Notes: generated by a model not told the origin, from the sequence alone. A stretch of 64,000 nt of DNA from Eledone cirrhosa (GCA_964016885.1 OZ024743.1:331576001-331640000); one strand, 5' to 3'; shown: positions 24,125 to 39,058, counted from the first letter of the stretch. Made by a program: numbers and translations.

Positions 24125-24911
24125 GGTAGGAACTGAGGGTCGCATGGTAAATATCCAAGTTAATACTACATCAGTAAAATTAACAATAATAACGTCATGA
24201 AAAACTACTAAGAGAAACCCTCGAAAATTTATCGCTAATACAGCAGGGAAAATTTAACGCTAATACAGCAGGGAACATCATAATATTAACGACAATATGT
24301 AGGCTAAAATACCTTCGTAGATTAGATGGATGGCTGGAAAAATTGGAATCAACTCTAGTGATACATTTTAGCAGAGAAGAATGGGAAAGTGTCTTATCTC
24401 TTCAATATTTTCAGATTGAATGAATTAGGTTAAAGACAGGGTAGTAAGCCTTAAAGAAGTGCATAGAGAGGGGGGGGGGTAGGAACTGAGGGTCGCATGG
24501 TAAATAACTGAGAGAGATACAATAGGATTAGAATACCGCATGGTAAATATCCAAGTTAATACTACATCAGTAAAATTAACAATAATAACGTCATGAAAAA
24601 CTACTAAGAGAAACCCTCGAAAATTTATCGCTAATACAGCAGGGAAAATTTAACGCTAATACAGCAGGGAACATCATAATATTAACGACAATATGTAGGC
24701 TAAAATACCTTCGTAGATTAGATGGATGGCTGGAAAAATTGGAATCAACTCTAGTGATACATTTTAGCAGAGAAGAATGGGAAAGTGTCTTATCTCTTCA
24801 ATATTTTCAGATTGAATGAATTAGATTAAAGACAGGGTAGTAAGCCTTAAAGAAGTGCATAGAGAGGGGGGGGGGGGTAGGAACTGAGGGTCGCATGGTA
24901 AATAACTGAGA
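24125..24911 (-). repeat. Tandem ~396-bp duplication in the LINE 5' region
   Basis: 24141-24512 is repeated at 24537-24911. GGTAGGAACTGAGGGTCGCATGGTAAAT occurs 3 times. Confidence 0.9.
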
Positions 24912-24929
24912 TATATATATGTATGTATA

Positions 24930-24962
<33 letters not shown>

Positions 24963-25009
24963 GTATATATATGTATATGTATATAAATGTATATGTATAT
25001 ATGTATATA

Positions 25010-25044
<35 letters not shown>

Positions 25045-25060
25045 GTATATATATATATAC

Positions 25061-25129
<69 letters not shown>

Positions 25130-25212
25130 CATATATATACATATATATATATAGATACATATATATATATATATAGATACATATATATATACATATATAT
25201 ATATATAGATAC

Positions 25213-25257
<45 letters not shown>

Positions 25258-25302
25258 TATATAGTTACATATATATATATACATATATATATATATAGAT
25301 AC

Positions 25303-25337
<35 letters not shown>

Positions 25338-25357
25338 CATATATATATACACATACA

Positions 25358-25389
<32 letters not shown>

Positions 25390-25503
25390 CATATATACAT
25401 ATATATATATATATAACTTTGAATAATAACTTTGAAATGTTTTGGCCAGTATTGGCCCAGGCCATGTCTAACTTAATAGCACCACCTGGCGAAGTCTTTC
25501 AAT

Positions 25504-28500
25504 TCAGGATTTGGGCACCATGGCCCATTCGAGAAGAGAATTACTGTTTGCGGAGACATATCCGGGTGTGGGTGGTTTGTCCGGGATTACTTGGAGGAAT
25601 TTGTCCAAAGACTTCTTGAATTTTGTGTGGTCAGTTTCTGTTTTGACGTGTCCTGGTGAGATGTTGAAGAGAGCAGGGCCGATTGAGGTGAAATAATTGT
25701 GCCGTATTGTTGTTATGAGTTGCGATTTAGATTTTTGAATGGGACGGATAGCACGGGGCCCAAGCCTTGGGTGTATCTTGAAGGCGATGCCAACATCATT
25801 TGGGCAGTGATGATGGAACATTTTCCACATCATGCAGATAATATAACGCTCACGGCGACGTTGGAGTGAGTAAAGTTTCAGGTTTTCTAGTCGACCCCAG
25901 TAGTCAAGGTCTGACATGCCATCTATCTTTTTCGTGATTGCCCTTTGAGGAGCTTCAAGTTTCATGATACTTTGTTTCGTGTGGGGAGACCACAGTGGAC
26001 AACAGTATTCAAGGTGTGGTCGGGCAAAAGTAGAGAAGAGAAGGATAATGGTGTGGGAATCTCTCGACTGGAAGGTTCTGAGGATCCAGGAACACATTCT
26101 GCGGGCCATGTCAACTTTGCTGCTTATATGCGTGGCCCAGCTTATGTTGCTGTCCACGGTTACTCCCAAGTCTCTGATGTTGTTAGATGCCACGAGAGTT
26201 TCCCCGGAGGGAAAGGAGTACGGGAGTTTCAGAGCATCCTCTTTTCCAAAGTGGATCAGTTCGAATTTGTCTTCGTTCAGTAACATGTTGTTCTTTTCCG
26301 CCCATTGCGTAACAGCCAGTAGGTCTGACTGAAGGCTTATCCGGTCATCCACGCCATTGATGACCTTTTGGAGCTTGGAATCATCAGCGAAAATTTTAAT
26401 GTTGCTGTGTTTGATGATGTCAGTGATGTCATTAATATAGATGATGAAGAGAAGTGGGCCCAACACAGTGCCTTGTGGGACCCCACTACTGACTTTGGCT
26501 GGGCTGGATTTGACTCCTTCAACTACAACATGTTGGGTTCTGTTTGACAGGAAGCTCTTGATCCACTGCAGCAGCTTTCCAGTGACACCAATATTGGACA
26601 GCTTTCTCAGTAGAATGTTATGATCAACGCTGTCAAAGGCCTTGCTGAAATCAAGGTAGATAACATCAGTGTTGGAACCCTCTCCCAAGGCTCTCAAAAT
26701 GTCATCAAAGTGATGCAGTAGCTGTGTCAGGCAATCCCTTCCATTACGGAATCCATGCTGGTTGGAGTTCAGCATATTGTTACTCTCAAGGAAGTGGGTC
26801 ATTCGCGATCTCACCACTCTCTCAAATACCTTAATGATATGAGAGGTGAGTGAGATTGGACGGTAATTCACGGCAAGGGATTTGTTTCCCTTTTTGAAAA
26901 CTGGGACAACAGACTGGGATAGAAGGTTTTCTGGCACATATCCAGCATCCAGTGAGTTCCGCCACAGATTGGCAAGAGGAGATGCAAGTTGGTGTTGACA
27001 CGCCTTCAAGACACAAGCAGGGAACCTATCGGGACCTACTGCTGAATTATGCTTGATTTCCTTTATTGCCGCTAAGACATCAGGGGCGCCAAACGTTATG
27101 TCCGATAAGGTGTAATGGGGAGTAACATCGCCGATACAGCCGATACAGGATTGCTGAAAACAGAGCAGTATTGTTTCTGCAGTATCTTACCCATGGTTTT
27201 AGCATTGTCTTGAAGAGTGCCATTTTCATCAATTAGAGGGCCAACAGTAGAGCCAGTGATTTTGTGTTTTTTTGCAAATGAAAAGAACACTTTGGGATTG
27301 AGTTTGATCTTCTCAATGGCCCAGGCCTCTTCAGCTCTTCTCTGATTGTTGATGAGGGACATTATGTTGTTTTGGAGGTTATGTTTTTTAATCTCTAGTG
27401 ATGAAATGGCAGTCAAGTTGATGTGTTGCTGCTGATAGTATTTCAGCTTGTTGATTTTTTTGTTCGTTCTCTTAATTTTTCTGATGAGCGTTTTTCTATT
27501 TCTAGGGATTCTGCTCTTAGATTTGTTTATAGTTCTTAATGGGGTGTGTTTAGCACATATGTTTGTAACAGTGTCCACAAATGTCTGCCAGGACTTTTTG
27601 ATGTTAGTGGGTGTATGAGTGTGCGTGAAGGACCAGTCGACATGTGCAAGATCATGACTGATCGCTTCCCAGTTTGCATTGTGGAAATCCATAGCGTCAA
27701 ACGGATGGACAGGAGAGATGACATTGGGTTTGTATATTGAACGGTGGAATCTCAGATCACAGAGAACCATGTCATGATCAGAGAGTAGAGTTTTCTCCAC
27801 TGCAATATTGTGGATATTGTCAGTGTGATTGCTGAAAATTAAGTCTAGGACGTTTTTGTGGCACCTCGTTGGTTCGAGCACCAGTTGGGATAGGAAGAAA
27901 TCATCCATGAAGTCAAGAAGCGATTCCACTGCTTCCCTGTCAGAGGTTGAGGCAGAAGAACCTGGTGGCAGGCTGTTTGTGGACCAGTCAACTCCGGGGA
28001 GGTTGAAGTCCCCCATCATTAAGATGTTGTCAGGGTGACACTCTTGGATGAAACACTTTATGCTGTTGAGGCATTCCTTGAAGCATGGTACAGGCGTTTG
28101 GGGTGGCATTTAGAGCCCAACTACTATTAGGTTGTTGGTTTGACTGAATACAGTGACTGCTTCATAGTATCCATTAGTGAATATGTTCATAGCCTCTATT
28201 GAGAAAGAATTATGGACATAAATGGCAGTCCTGCCCTTTCTTCTGCCAGCGCAATCAGCACGGATAGCTTTGAAATTTTTCACTTTCACCTCGGCTTCCA
28301 AGTGGAGGTTACTGAGATGGGTTTCAGTGAGGACGAAGAAAGGGATGTGGTTTGGATGGACATCAATCCAGTCCTCCAGGAATTTGATCTTCCATTTTTG
28401 AGTATTGGTGGAAGGGCTGATGCCTTGGGCGTTAAGCAAAAATGTAGAGGCGAGAGTGGATGGTTTTAATTGTTTTGGTGTGTTGTTAATTTGTTTGTTT

Positions 28501-28514
28501 GTTAATGGCAGCAA
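25504..28514 (-). pseudogene. CR1-group ORF2 (APE-RT), with a stop at 28110 and a frameshift near 27100
   Basis: Motifs are contiguous across three ORF pieces. Confidence 0.88.
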
Positions 28515-28917
28515 TGGGAGTTTGTGCAGTGGGGTGATAGTGGAGGGTGGTGCTGGGTGATAGCTCGAATGTTTTTTTCCAGTTCTTTTGCCAGATTCAT
28601 TATGGCTAAAAAAGAGGAAGAAGTTTCCTGTTTAGAAGACTGTTGGTGACTGTGGTAGTGGTTATTTTTATGTAGGTTATGGTTTTTGTTTTTGCTTTTA
28701 TTTTTAATTTTATTTTCATTTGTCCGACGGGTCCCCGGGAGATGGGTAAAGGGACAATCCCGGTCTAAACACAATCTGTCTCGCAGGGAAAAGCGGCAGA
28801 TTTGTGGATTCCTTGTTTGAGTTATTGGTGGTTGTGTTGGTGTTAAATTAGAGTATGTATTATGGTGGTGGCTGTTTGTGGGGATAGATCGTTTTGTCCT
28901 AGGTAAATGGGTGAATA
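28502..28917 (-). CDS. ORF1 C-terminal remnant with CCCH-type zinc finger
   Basis: [19 protein letters not shown] (C-x8-C-x4-C-x3-H), preceded by the end of a similar repeat (FTHLPRTKR). Confidence 0.65.
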
Positions 28918-29257
28918 TGTATATACATATATATATACATATATATATACATATATATATATACATATATATATATATACATATATATATATACATATAT
29001 ATATATACATATATATATATACATATATATATACATATATATATATACATATATATATATATACATATATATATACATATATATATATACATATATATAT
29101 ACATATATATACATATATATATACATATATATATACATATATATATATACATATATATATATACATATATATATATATACATATATATATACATATATAT
29201 ATACATATATATATATACATATATATACATATATATATATATACATATATATATATA

Positions 29258-29930
29258 CATATACGTGAACGGCAAAGCATAAACGAACTAAGGAAAAAAT
29301 TAGAGATAAGAGGGATCAGATGTTGTTTACTCGAGAGAAGGCTGCGTTGGTATGGACACGTGATGCGCATGAAAGTCGATAGCTGTATAACAAAGTGCAG
29401 GGCAATGAAGATAGACGGTAGCCACGGAATAGGCAGACCTAGAAAAACCTGGGATGAGCTGATAAACTCCGACCTCACACACTTACACCTCTCCAAGACA
29501 ATGTCACTGGACCGAGACCTTTGGCGGTACTCAGTAACAGAGAAGACCCGCCTTGCCAGTAGGCATCTCTAACAAAATACACCCCGTCCCGCCACCACCC
29601 CCACCCCATCCACACCACCCCGTTCTATGTAAAGTTATGTTGGTGCCGCGCCATCCAGGCCGAAACAAATGAGATCGTGTAGGTGTCACGACAAAAAAAC
29701 ACACAGTCCACGCTGTAATGTGGCCGTGTAGGCAACACGGTAAAAACCTCCCAGACCCACACTGTAAATGTGGTTGGTGTTAGGAAGGGCATCCAACTGT
29801 AGAAAACCTGCCAGACAGTCCTATGCGAGCAAGACAATCACTCTTGCCTCAAGTGGGACTACCCCCGTCCAAACCCATGCAAGCATGGAACACGGACGTT
29901 AAACGTTGATGATGATGATGATGATGATGA
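29258..29930 (+). mobile_element. RTE family B 3' fragment
   Basis: [13 protein letters not shown]...TEKTRL, then 3' UTR and (GAT)n tail. Confidence 0.92.
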
Positions 29931-31238
<1,308 letters not shown>

Positions 31239-32289
31239 ATGATGATGATGATGATGATGATACATATAGACAAATAAACATATATATAAATATATATATA
31301 TAGGTGTGTTTGTATATATGTACGTGTATATGTGTATGTATGTGTGTGTGTATAGATAGCTAGATAGATATATAATATGATGAGAAAAGGGACCCTAAAG
31401 ACTAACAAATCCCATTTATTGAGATGTGCTGAACCTAAAGTAGCATTGGCTACCATCAAATGACTTGTGGCTTGAAGGAATTCTCCCAGCCATACAAAAG
31501 GATTTCCTCTTATGTCAGATATCTTCTAACTTATAGAAATACTTTGGTTAACTTTACTCAGCTAATTTTTATAAAATCCAGGTGTATATATTTATACAAT
31601 TAGATGTATCTACTACCAATTGTATATACTATTAGATATATATATATACTATTAAGTATATATTCATTATCAGGTGTATATACAATCAGTAAAGTAGTCA
31701 TGTAGGTGTCATAAGAAAAAGCACCTAATTCACACTGTAAATGTTGTTGGCATAGAAACAGATCTGTATGAGCAAGACATGGTCATATGACTTGGCTTGT
31801 CTCACAATGGGACAACTCTTCCAACACATACTAGCATGGGAAAATGGATGTTGAATGATGATGATTGATATATATATATATGTGTGTGTGAACAAGAAAA
31901 AGAAAAAGGAAAAGAAAGAAAAAGAAAAAGAAGAAAAAGAAGGAAAAGAAAGAAAATGAAGAAAAAGAAGAGAAAAAAAGAAAAAGAAAAAAAAAAGAAA
32001 AAAAGAAGAAGAAGAGGCAAAGAAGAAAGTCTTTAGCAGCAATGTAATAAATATGTGAACAAATAAATATACAAATGAATACAACACAGCAAAATGATGG
32101 GGCTTTTTTATGGATGAACGGTGAGGAGAAAATAGTTTTAGAATCTAAAAACAGAATATCTGGGTCGGCTTACTGTTAAATGGTTTATAAATACATTTTT
32201 TTCTTCTATTTCAAACACAGCAGTTGATTTAGGAAGCAATAGACAAATTCGACTTTTCAAATGTTTGTGTCCTAAAGTAAATGACCATA

Positions 32290-32510
32290 ATAATTGTTTC
32301 TACTTTTAGGCAAAAGGCCAGCAATTTTTTTTGCGGGGGAAAGTCGATTAATTCGACCCCACTGCATACTGGTGCATACTCGGATTTTATTTTCTCAACC
32401 CCTGTGAGGATGAAAAGCAAAGCTAGCCTCACGGGATTTGAACTCAGAACATAAAGGGCCATAACTATGCCACAAAGTATATTGTCCGATGCTTTACTGA
32501 TACTGGCAAT
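32290..32510 (-). mobile_element. tRNA-derived SINE, second family (Nin-domain-like core), degenerate
   Basis: On the - strand: GAGTTCAAATCC B box followed by GCTTTTCATCCTCACAGGGGTTGAGAAAATAA. Confidence 0.7.
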
Positions 32511-32864
32511 AATAATAGTTAATCCCTATAAATAATGGTTGAGAAAATTGGGAGACGAAAAAGGAGGGGGGAGGCTGAAGCAATCACCTTTGAGGCATCA
32601 AACCCCACATCTATCAGATGCCTGGTGAGTGTGTTAACAACTACACTAAAAAAACTGCTGGCCATCAATTCCTTCTTTTGAGAAGACTCTGAAGCTAGAA
32701 TTGTAAACCAACCAGTTGGCTTAAGAAGCAGTGGGAAAATTATAAATTTGAAATGCATGTATCCCACACATATAACCATAACAGATGTGAGGGTTCAATT
32801 CCACACCGACATCCATTATTTTCCATCTCCAGGGGTACTTTAACCCAATTTTCTCCATTGTTAA

Positions 32865-33095
32865 GGGGCAGTGGATTTGCAGAATCAGTAGAGCGTCGGA
32901 CAACATGCTTTGCAGCATTCACTTACGGCTTTTTACATCTTTAGTTCAAATCCCGCCGAGGTTAGCTTCAATTTTTCATCCTTACAGAGTCAATAAAATA
33001 AAATACCAGTAATACACTGGTGTCAATTTAATCCCCCCCCCCCCCCCCCACACACACACATTGCTGACCTTGTGCCTAAATCAGAAACAGTTATT
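32865..33095 (+). mobile_element. tRNA-derived SINE, second family
   Basis: AGTTCAAATCCCGCCGAG..TTTCATCCTTACAGAGTCAATAAAATAAAATACCAG..TGTGCCTAAATCAGAAAC. Confidence 0.75.
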
Positions 33096-34182
33096 TAGTT
33101 GTTATATATTTGCTACACATTTCTTCCAAAAGTTATAATAAATGGTAAACCAAAGATGTTGAAATAACAGTTATTTTGACATTGACATGTTATTGTTGTC
33201 TTTCTTGCTGTTATTGTTGCTGTTGTAATGGTTGGTGTTATTGTAATGCTTGTTGCTGTAGTTGCTGTTACGGTTGTTGTTGTTGTTGTAATGCTTGTTG
33301 TAATGCTTGTTCTTGTTGTTACAGTTGCTGTTTTATCTTCTTTTTAAAAAAAAAATTTTGTGTAACCCGATATCTGTGCGTATATATGTATAGATATATA
33401 TGCACACATATACACACATGCATATATATATATATATATAGGTATAATTGTGTGTGTGTATATATATATATATATGGATCTATGTAATTATGATTATGAT
33501 GTGTATGTGTGTGTATGTATGTGTGTGTGTATGTGCCTGCGTGTATGTGTGTGTATGTGCCTGCGTGTATGTGTGTGTGTGTTGGTGAGGTGTAGATGTA
33601 TAGTTATGTGTATGTTGGGGTGGGATGTGTGTATAGGAGATTTGGAGGGGGAAAATGTAAACAAAAAAATATTTATGTATATAAACAAACTCAAGAATAA
33701 AGATGTGTATATAATATGGATATATAAGGAACAGCATGCCTATGTAACATGTGTACATAAAGATTTTCTTCATATACACAGCTATTAAAATCTATGTATA
33801 ATCTATACATATACATATATATACATATATATAATGTGTGTGTAGAAATCAAGCCAGAAACAGTTTTGTATGAACAAGACACGTTCATCGAGTAAGACAG
33901 CCAATCTAGCCCATGCTAGCATGGAAAATGGACATTAAACGATGATGATGATATATACACATATACAAACATATATATATATATACACACACACATATAT
34001 ATGTATGCATACACACACGCACACACACACACATATATATAATACTCATACACATTGATATGTATTATTGAATTGGTATCAAGTTTTTCACAATGTGTCC
34101 ATGTTGGGAAGATGCCATCACCTCCAATATTTCTCTTCCATTCACACACATTTATTTTATTCACATATCTATCCTACTTAAT

Positions 34183-34751
34183 ATTGCTCCGAGGCCATAG
34201 TATCTAGAATAAGGACGGGCTGGAAGAAGTTTAGGGAGCTGCTTACTCTGCTGACAAAGAAGGGTTTCTCCCTGCATATGAAAGGCCAGTTATATGATGC
34301 CTGTGTGAGATGCATGATGCTACATGGTAGTGAGACATGGGCAGCAACTGCAGAGGATGTGCAACAGCTGGAGAGAAATAAGGCAAGCATGCTCCGTTGG
34401 ATGTGCAATGTAAATGTGGGTGAACGACGAAGCATAGATGATTTGAGAGAGAAACTGTGTATAAGAGGGATAAACTGTAGTGTGCAGGAGAGAAGACTGA
34501 GGTGGTATGGACATGTGATGCACATGGAAGATGACCACTGGGTAAAGGTGTGTCAAGAAATCCCAGTAGAAGGAAGACGCAGTAGAGGAAGACCACGAAA
34601 AACATGGGCGGAGGTGGTGAGAGCTGACCTCAGATTGTTGAAGCTCACAGAGGAGATGACGAAGGACCGTGACAAGTGGAGAGATGCTGTGCTGAATAGG
34701 ACCCATCCCACCCTTGCAAGCAGGGAAAAGTGGACATAAAATGATGATGAT
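34183..34751 (+). mobile_element. RTE-clade LINE, family C, 3' fragment
   Basis: ORF 34278-34739 ([17 protein letters not shown]) ending in CCCTTGCAAGCAGGG..ATGATGATG. Confidence 0.88.
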
Positions 34752-35094
34752 CTATGTTGTATCTTTATGACTTACAAACATATACACTGGCCCCTCAAGC
34801 CACTTAACATAGTTCTCAGGGAGATTCAGTAAGACAAGGCTGGCCCTTTGAATTAAAGGTACAGTCTACTTTGTATTGTAGTGTGAGTGGCTGAGTATTC
34901 CCCTCTCCCCACACACATATACATATTTCTCCCAAATGAAAGAGTTCTAGTCCTGTAGTAGCCATTTCTATATTTCTATATTAAATATTTATACTCTGCT
35001 ATGTATTAAGTACCTTACTTACTATGGTTACCCCAGATTGAACCCAGGATAAACTTTTATGTGTGTGTGTGTGTGAATGTACGTATGTATGAAA

Positions 35095-35280
35095 AATTAG
35101 GAGCCCCGACGGCTGAGCTTCTGCCGTTTCAACAGCTTGATCCAAACATGCTCTTGAAACGGCGAGAGCTCAGCTGTCGGGGTCTCAAATTTTACATATT
35201 ACCCACTCTACTACCCCACATATCAAGTACTCTGGTGAGTAATGGTCTAACTGGCTTCTACTGCCTCCATTCTGATATGT
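35095..35280 (-). repeat. Unclassified long-hairpin element, copy 1
   Basis: Hairpin 35101-35186. The adjacent ~90 bp is homologous, in reverse, to 63755-63840. Confidence 0.75.
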
Positions 35281-35749
35281 ATGTGTGTATATATAAAATA
35301 GTAATTCGGATCAAAGTTGCTATTGCAGCATATTACAATCATTTCCATATCGATCAGCTCAGGGTACAATCATAATGACCAGGGCCTGACTCTTCCTCAA
35401 AATCTCATCAGATACATGAGTTTATATGGGTGGGAGGGCAGGGTACCAACAGAGGCACAGGCAGATAGATAGATGGATACATTGATAGATAGATAGATAA
35501 ACTAGAGGAAAGAGACAGGCAGACAGACAGACAGATAGATAGATAAGCTAAATGAAAGAGATAGACAGATAGATAGGCAGCTATACAACACTCATGGTAA
35601 ACATGTTCCAGGTTGTTTTTCCTCCTATTGAATAAAAAATGTAAAATAAAACCTAAATTTACAAAGTTTTAAACTTGATAATCAATGTTACCATGGTAAC
35701 TTATGTATTTTTGAATTAGATATGAAATTAATAATTATTTCCATAAATT

Positions 35750-35941
35750 AATAATTGTTTCTACTTTAGGCACAAGGCCAGCAATCACCCAGTACATTAC
35801 TGGTACTTTATTTTATCGACCCCGTAAGGATGAAAGGCAAAGTTAATCTCGGCGGGATTTGAACTCAGACTGTAAAGGGACGTAACTATGCTGCAAAGGA
35901 TGGCGTCCGACCCTCTACCGATACTGCCAATCCACCGCCCT
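35750..35941 (-). mobile_element. tRNA-derived SINE, second family, well preserved
   Basis: On the - strand: A box TGGCAGTATCGG, B box GAGTTCAAATCC, core GCCTTTCATCCTTACGGGGTCGATAAAATAAAGTACCAG. Confidence 0.85.
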
Positions 35942-36121
35942 ATAAATTAATAATTGTTTCTACTATTAATAATATAAATATTTTTGTGACGTTATTGAAG
36001 TATAAAACAAGTGAAGTGGTAGGTTAATAATATTTATTACAGGAAACATTGTTGATAGTGGTTAAAGGGTAGTTTATGTATAATGTTAAGTTACATTTTC
36101 TTTCTTTCTCTCTCTCTATAT

Positions 36122-36410
36122 ATCATCATCATCATCACTGTTTTACGTCCGTTCTTCCACGCTAGCATGGGTTAGATGGGTTGTCCTGTTATGAGTAGTG
36201 TCCAGTTGGCTGACCATGTCTTGGTCATACAGGAACTGATTTTGGCTTGATTTCTACAGCTGGATGCCCTTCCTAACACCAGCCCCATTTACAGTGAGTG
36301 CTGGGTGCTTTTTTCCGTGGTGCCTACAGGTCCACTTTACAGTGTGGGCTGGGTGCTTTTTTGCTGTGGCACCTCCACGACCACTTTGAAGTGGGAGGGT
36401 GTTGGTGCAT
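36122..36410 (-). mobile_element. RTE family A 3' UTR fragment
   Basis: Matches 20456-20750. Confidence 0.85.
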
Positions 36411-36557
36411 ATATATATATATATATAGATAGTGGTAAGGAAGGTAGGGGTGTGCGCTCATCCAAAATTTGGATATATTTTACCAAATTATAAATTATAC
36501 TAAACTCTATATAACCCATGGCTAGCGTGGAAGATGGACATTAAACGATGGTGATGA

Positions 36558-37437
36558 TATCATCATCATTTAATGTCTATATTCCACGCTAGCCATGGGT
36601 TAGATGGGTTGTCCCCTTTGAGGTAACTTAGGTTAAGTGACCCTGTATTACTCATACAGAACTGTTTCTAGCTTAGTTTCTATGGCTGGGTGCCTTTCCT
36701 AACGCCAACCACATTTACAGTGTGGAGTGGGTGTCTTTTATCGTCACACCATAACAACAACTTTACAAAGTGGACTGGGTGCTTTTTGTCATGGCACCAA
36801 AATGACCAGTTTACAATTTGGCTGGAGGACTGCGGTTGGGGATGTAAAGGTGTGAGTGATGGGTGGGGTGATTAGGGCATGGGTGGGGTGTTAAGGCATG
36901 GGATGTGTATAGAAGTGGGAGGGAGGATGAGGTTAAGTGGTGCATACTAGATGTATGCTTCAACCAATATGCATGAGAAGGCAGATCTTCTGTATTACTG
37001 CATAACACCAAAGATCTTGATCCTGCGTCATCACCTTTGAGGGGTGCAATTGTGCAAGGTCAGCTTTTATCACTTCATCCCAAGTTTCCCAAGGTTTTCC
37101 TACTCCATAGTTTCCATCAAGTTTGATCACCCTGCACTCTTTTAAACAGCTGTCACCCTTCATATGCATCACATGTCTATACCAAGGCAATCTCCTCTCC
37201 TGCACACTGTATCTGATCCCTCTTATGCTCAGTTTCTCTGTTAGTTCATTTCACACTTTGCCATTCTTGTATATTACTATTACACATCCATCAGAGTATG
37301 CAGGCTTCATTTCTTTCCAATCTTTGCAGGTCCTCTACACACAGCACCCAGGTCTCACTACCATGCAACATTGCTGTTCATGCATCATACAATCTGCCCT
37401 TCATTTTGAGAGGAAAACCTTTTATAGCTAGCAGATT
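36558..37437 (-). mobile_element. Older RTE 3' fragment
   Basis: QERRLPWYRHVMHMK..WDEVIKADL followed by a modular 3' UTR. Confidence 0.85.
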
Positions 37438-38329
37438 CCTGAATATATATATATGTGTGTGTGTGTGTGTATGTGTATATATGTGTGCATGGGGAAGGGT
37501 GTTAGAACATGGAGGTGTAGACTTGAAAAAATAAGTAGTAGGGCTCAATATTATCATCTAAACAAAGGAAGTGCTCCGGCATAGGCACAGTCTCTTGAAT
37601 GTGAAAGAATAACTGATAAGATGCAGCTCTCTATGAAAGAGATAAAATAATTGTGTCTATAAAATCAACCAATCAGTAGAATGGTGTATTGTAACTGAGA
37701 TGCTTTCAATTTGGATCTATTATTGGATCTCTCTCTCAAACACACAGACAGACACACACACACTGTGTTCACAAATATAATACATATCTCATATATATGT
37801 ATGCGCGCATGTGTGTGTATGAAGGTGTTCATATATATATATATATAGGAAAAGCGGACGTTAAAACAGCAATAAAGATGAGATGATGATATATATACAT
37901 ACACATGTACATTCTCTTTCTCTGTATATATATATATGTATATATATAACTTTTTGTTGTATATATAAATATATATATACACACACACACGTACTCTCTC
38001 TCTATATATATATATATGTATCTAACTTTATATATAACACAAACATATATATATATATAGGAATATAGATGTATACAGACACTCACACATGCATTCATAT
38101 ACCTCACATATATACATCCATATATATATACATCCGTACATATACATCAATATATATATTCTTATGTACACAAACTGCCAGTATTGTCTAAAGTACAATA
38201 TAGAAAGCCACGTTAGCAATCAGTACTAACAGTGTTATCAAACTGAACTATATTCTACATACAACCATCTCTCTCACTTTGTCTACTGTCAGTGCACACA
38301 TACTTCTTCAAGAATGGGTATGTATGAGT

Positions 38330-38900
38330 GTGCATGCGTTTGTGTGTATGTGTTGGTGTTTATGTATGTGTGTGTTGGTGAGCAAGTGCATGTTAGTGAG
38401 CATGTGTGTGTTCTTGTGTATGTGTGTGTGTGTTGGTGTGTGCATGTGTGTGTATGTGCATTAGTATTTTAGTGTGAATGTGTGCATGTTGGTGTGTATG
38501 TGTATACATTTCTTCATGAATGCGTGTGTACATGTGTGTGCATGTGTTGATGTGCATGTGTGTATTGGTGTGCATGTATGTGTTAGTGAGCAGATGTGTG
38601 TTGGTGTGCATATGTGTGTTACCATGCATGCATGTGTGTGTGTTGGTGTGCATGTGTGTGTGTTGGTGTGCATGTCTGTGTTACCATGCATGCATGTGTG
38701 TGTTGGTGTGCATGTGTGTTACCATGCATGTGTGTTGGTGGGCATGTGTGTTACCATGCTTGTGTGTGTGTTGGTGTGCATGTGTGTGTTACCATGCATG
38801 TGTGTGTGTGTTGGTGTGCATGTGTGTTACCATGCATGTGTGTTGGTGTGCATGTGTGTGTTACCATGCATGTGTGTGTGTGTGTGTTGGTGTGCATGCT
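38330..38900. repeat. (GT)-rich compound minisatellite (GTTGGTGTGCATGTGTGTGTTACCATGCAT-like)
   Basis: Direct reading. Confidence 0.9.
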
Positions 38901-39058
38901 CTCTTTCACATGTATTCTCAAACATACTACATACAACAGACACACATGGTGATTTCAAATGTGTACAAGGAACAGGAAATGCCAGCTAGCTTTAGCTAAA
39001 TGAATAATATACATCAGATGTATTGAGTACACTTTTCTATTGTTCAGAGATGTATGTT

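Larger units (their letters stand above)
20456..24911 (-). mobile_element. Near full-length RTE-clade LINE, family A
   Basis: ~1 kb 5' region with a tandem duplication, single EN-RT ORF, 3' UTR and (CAT)n tail. Both ends lie in TA arrays. Confidence 0.95.
25413..28917 (-). mobile_element. CR1/L2-group LINE, 5'-truncated within ORF1
   Basis: ORF1 remnant with a CCCH finger. ORF2 pieces: 28110-28514 (LNAQG, LTETHL), 27096-28109 (MGDFNLP, SDHDMV) and 25504-27009 (NYRPISLTS, YLDFSKAFD, GVPQGTVLGP, FADD). Confidence 0.93.

Noticed and set aside
35325-35420. Minus-strand CTGATGA...GAAAT hammerhead candidate
   Set aside because: Stem II does not close next to the core and stems I and III are weak.
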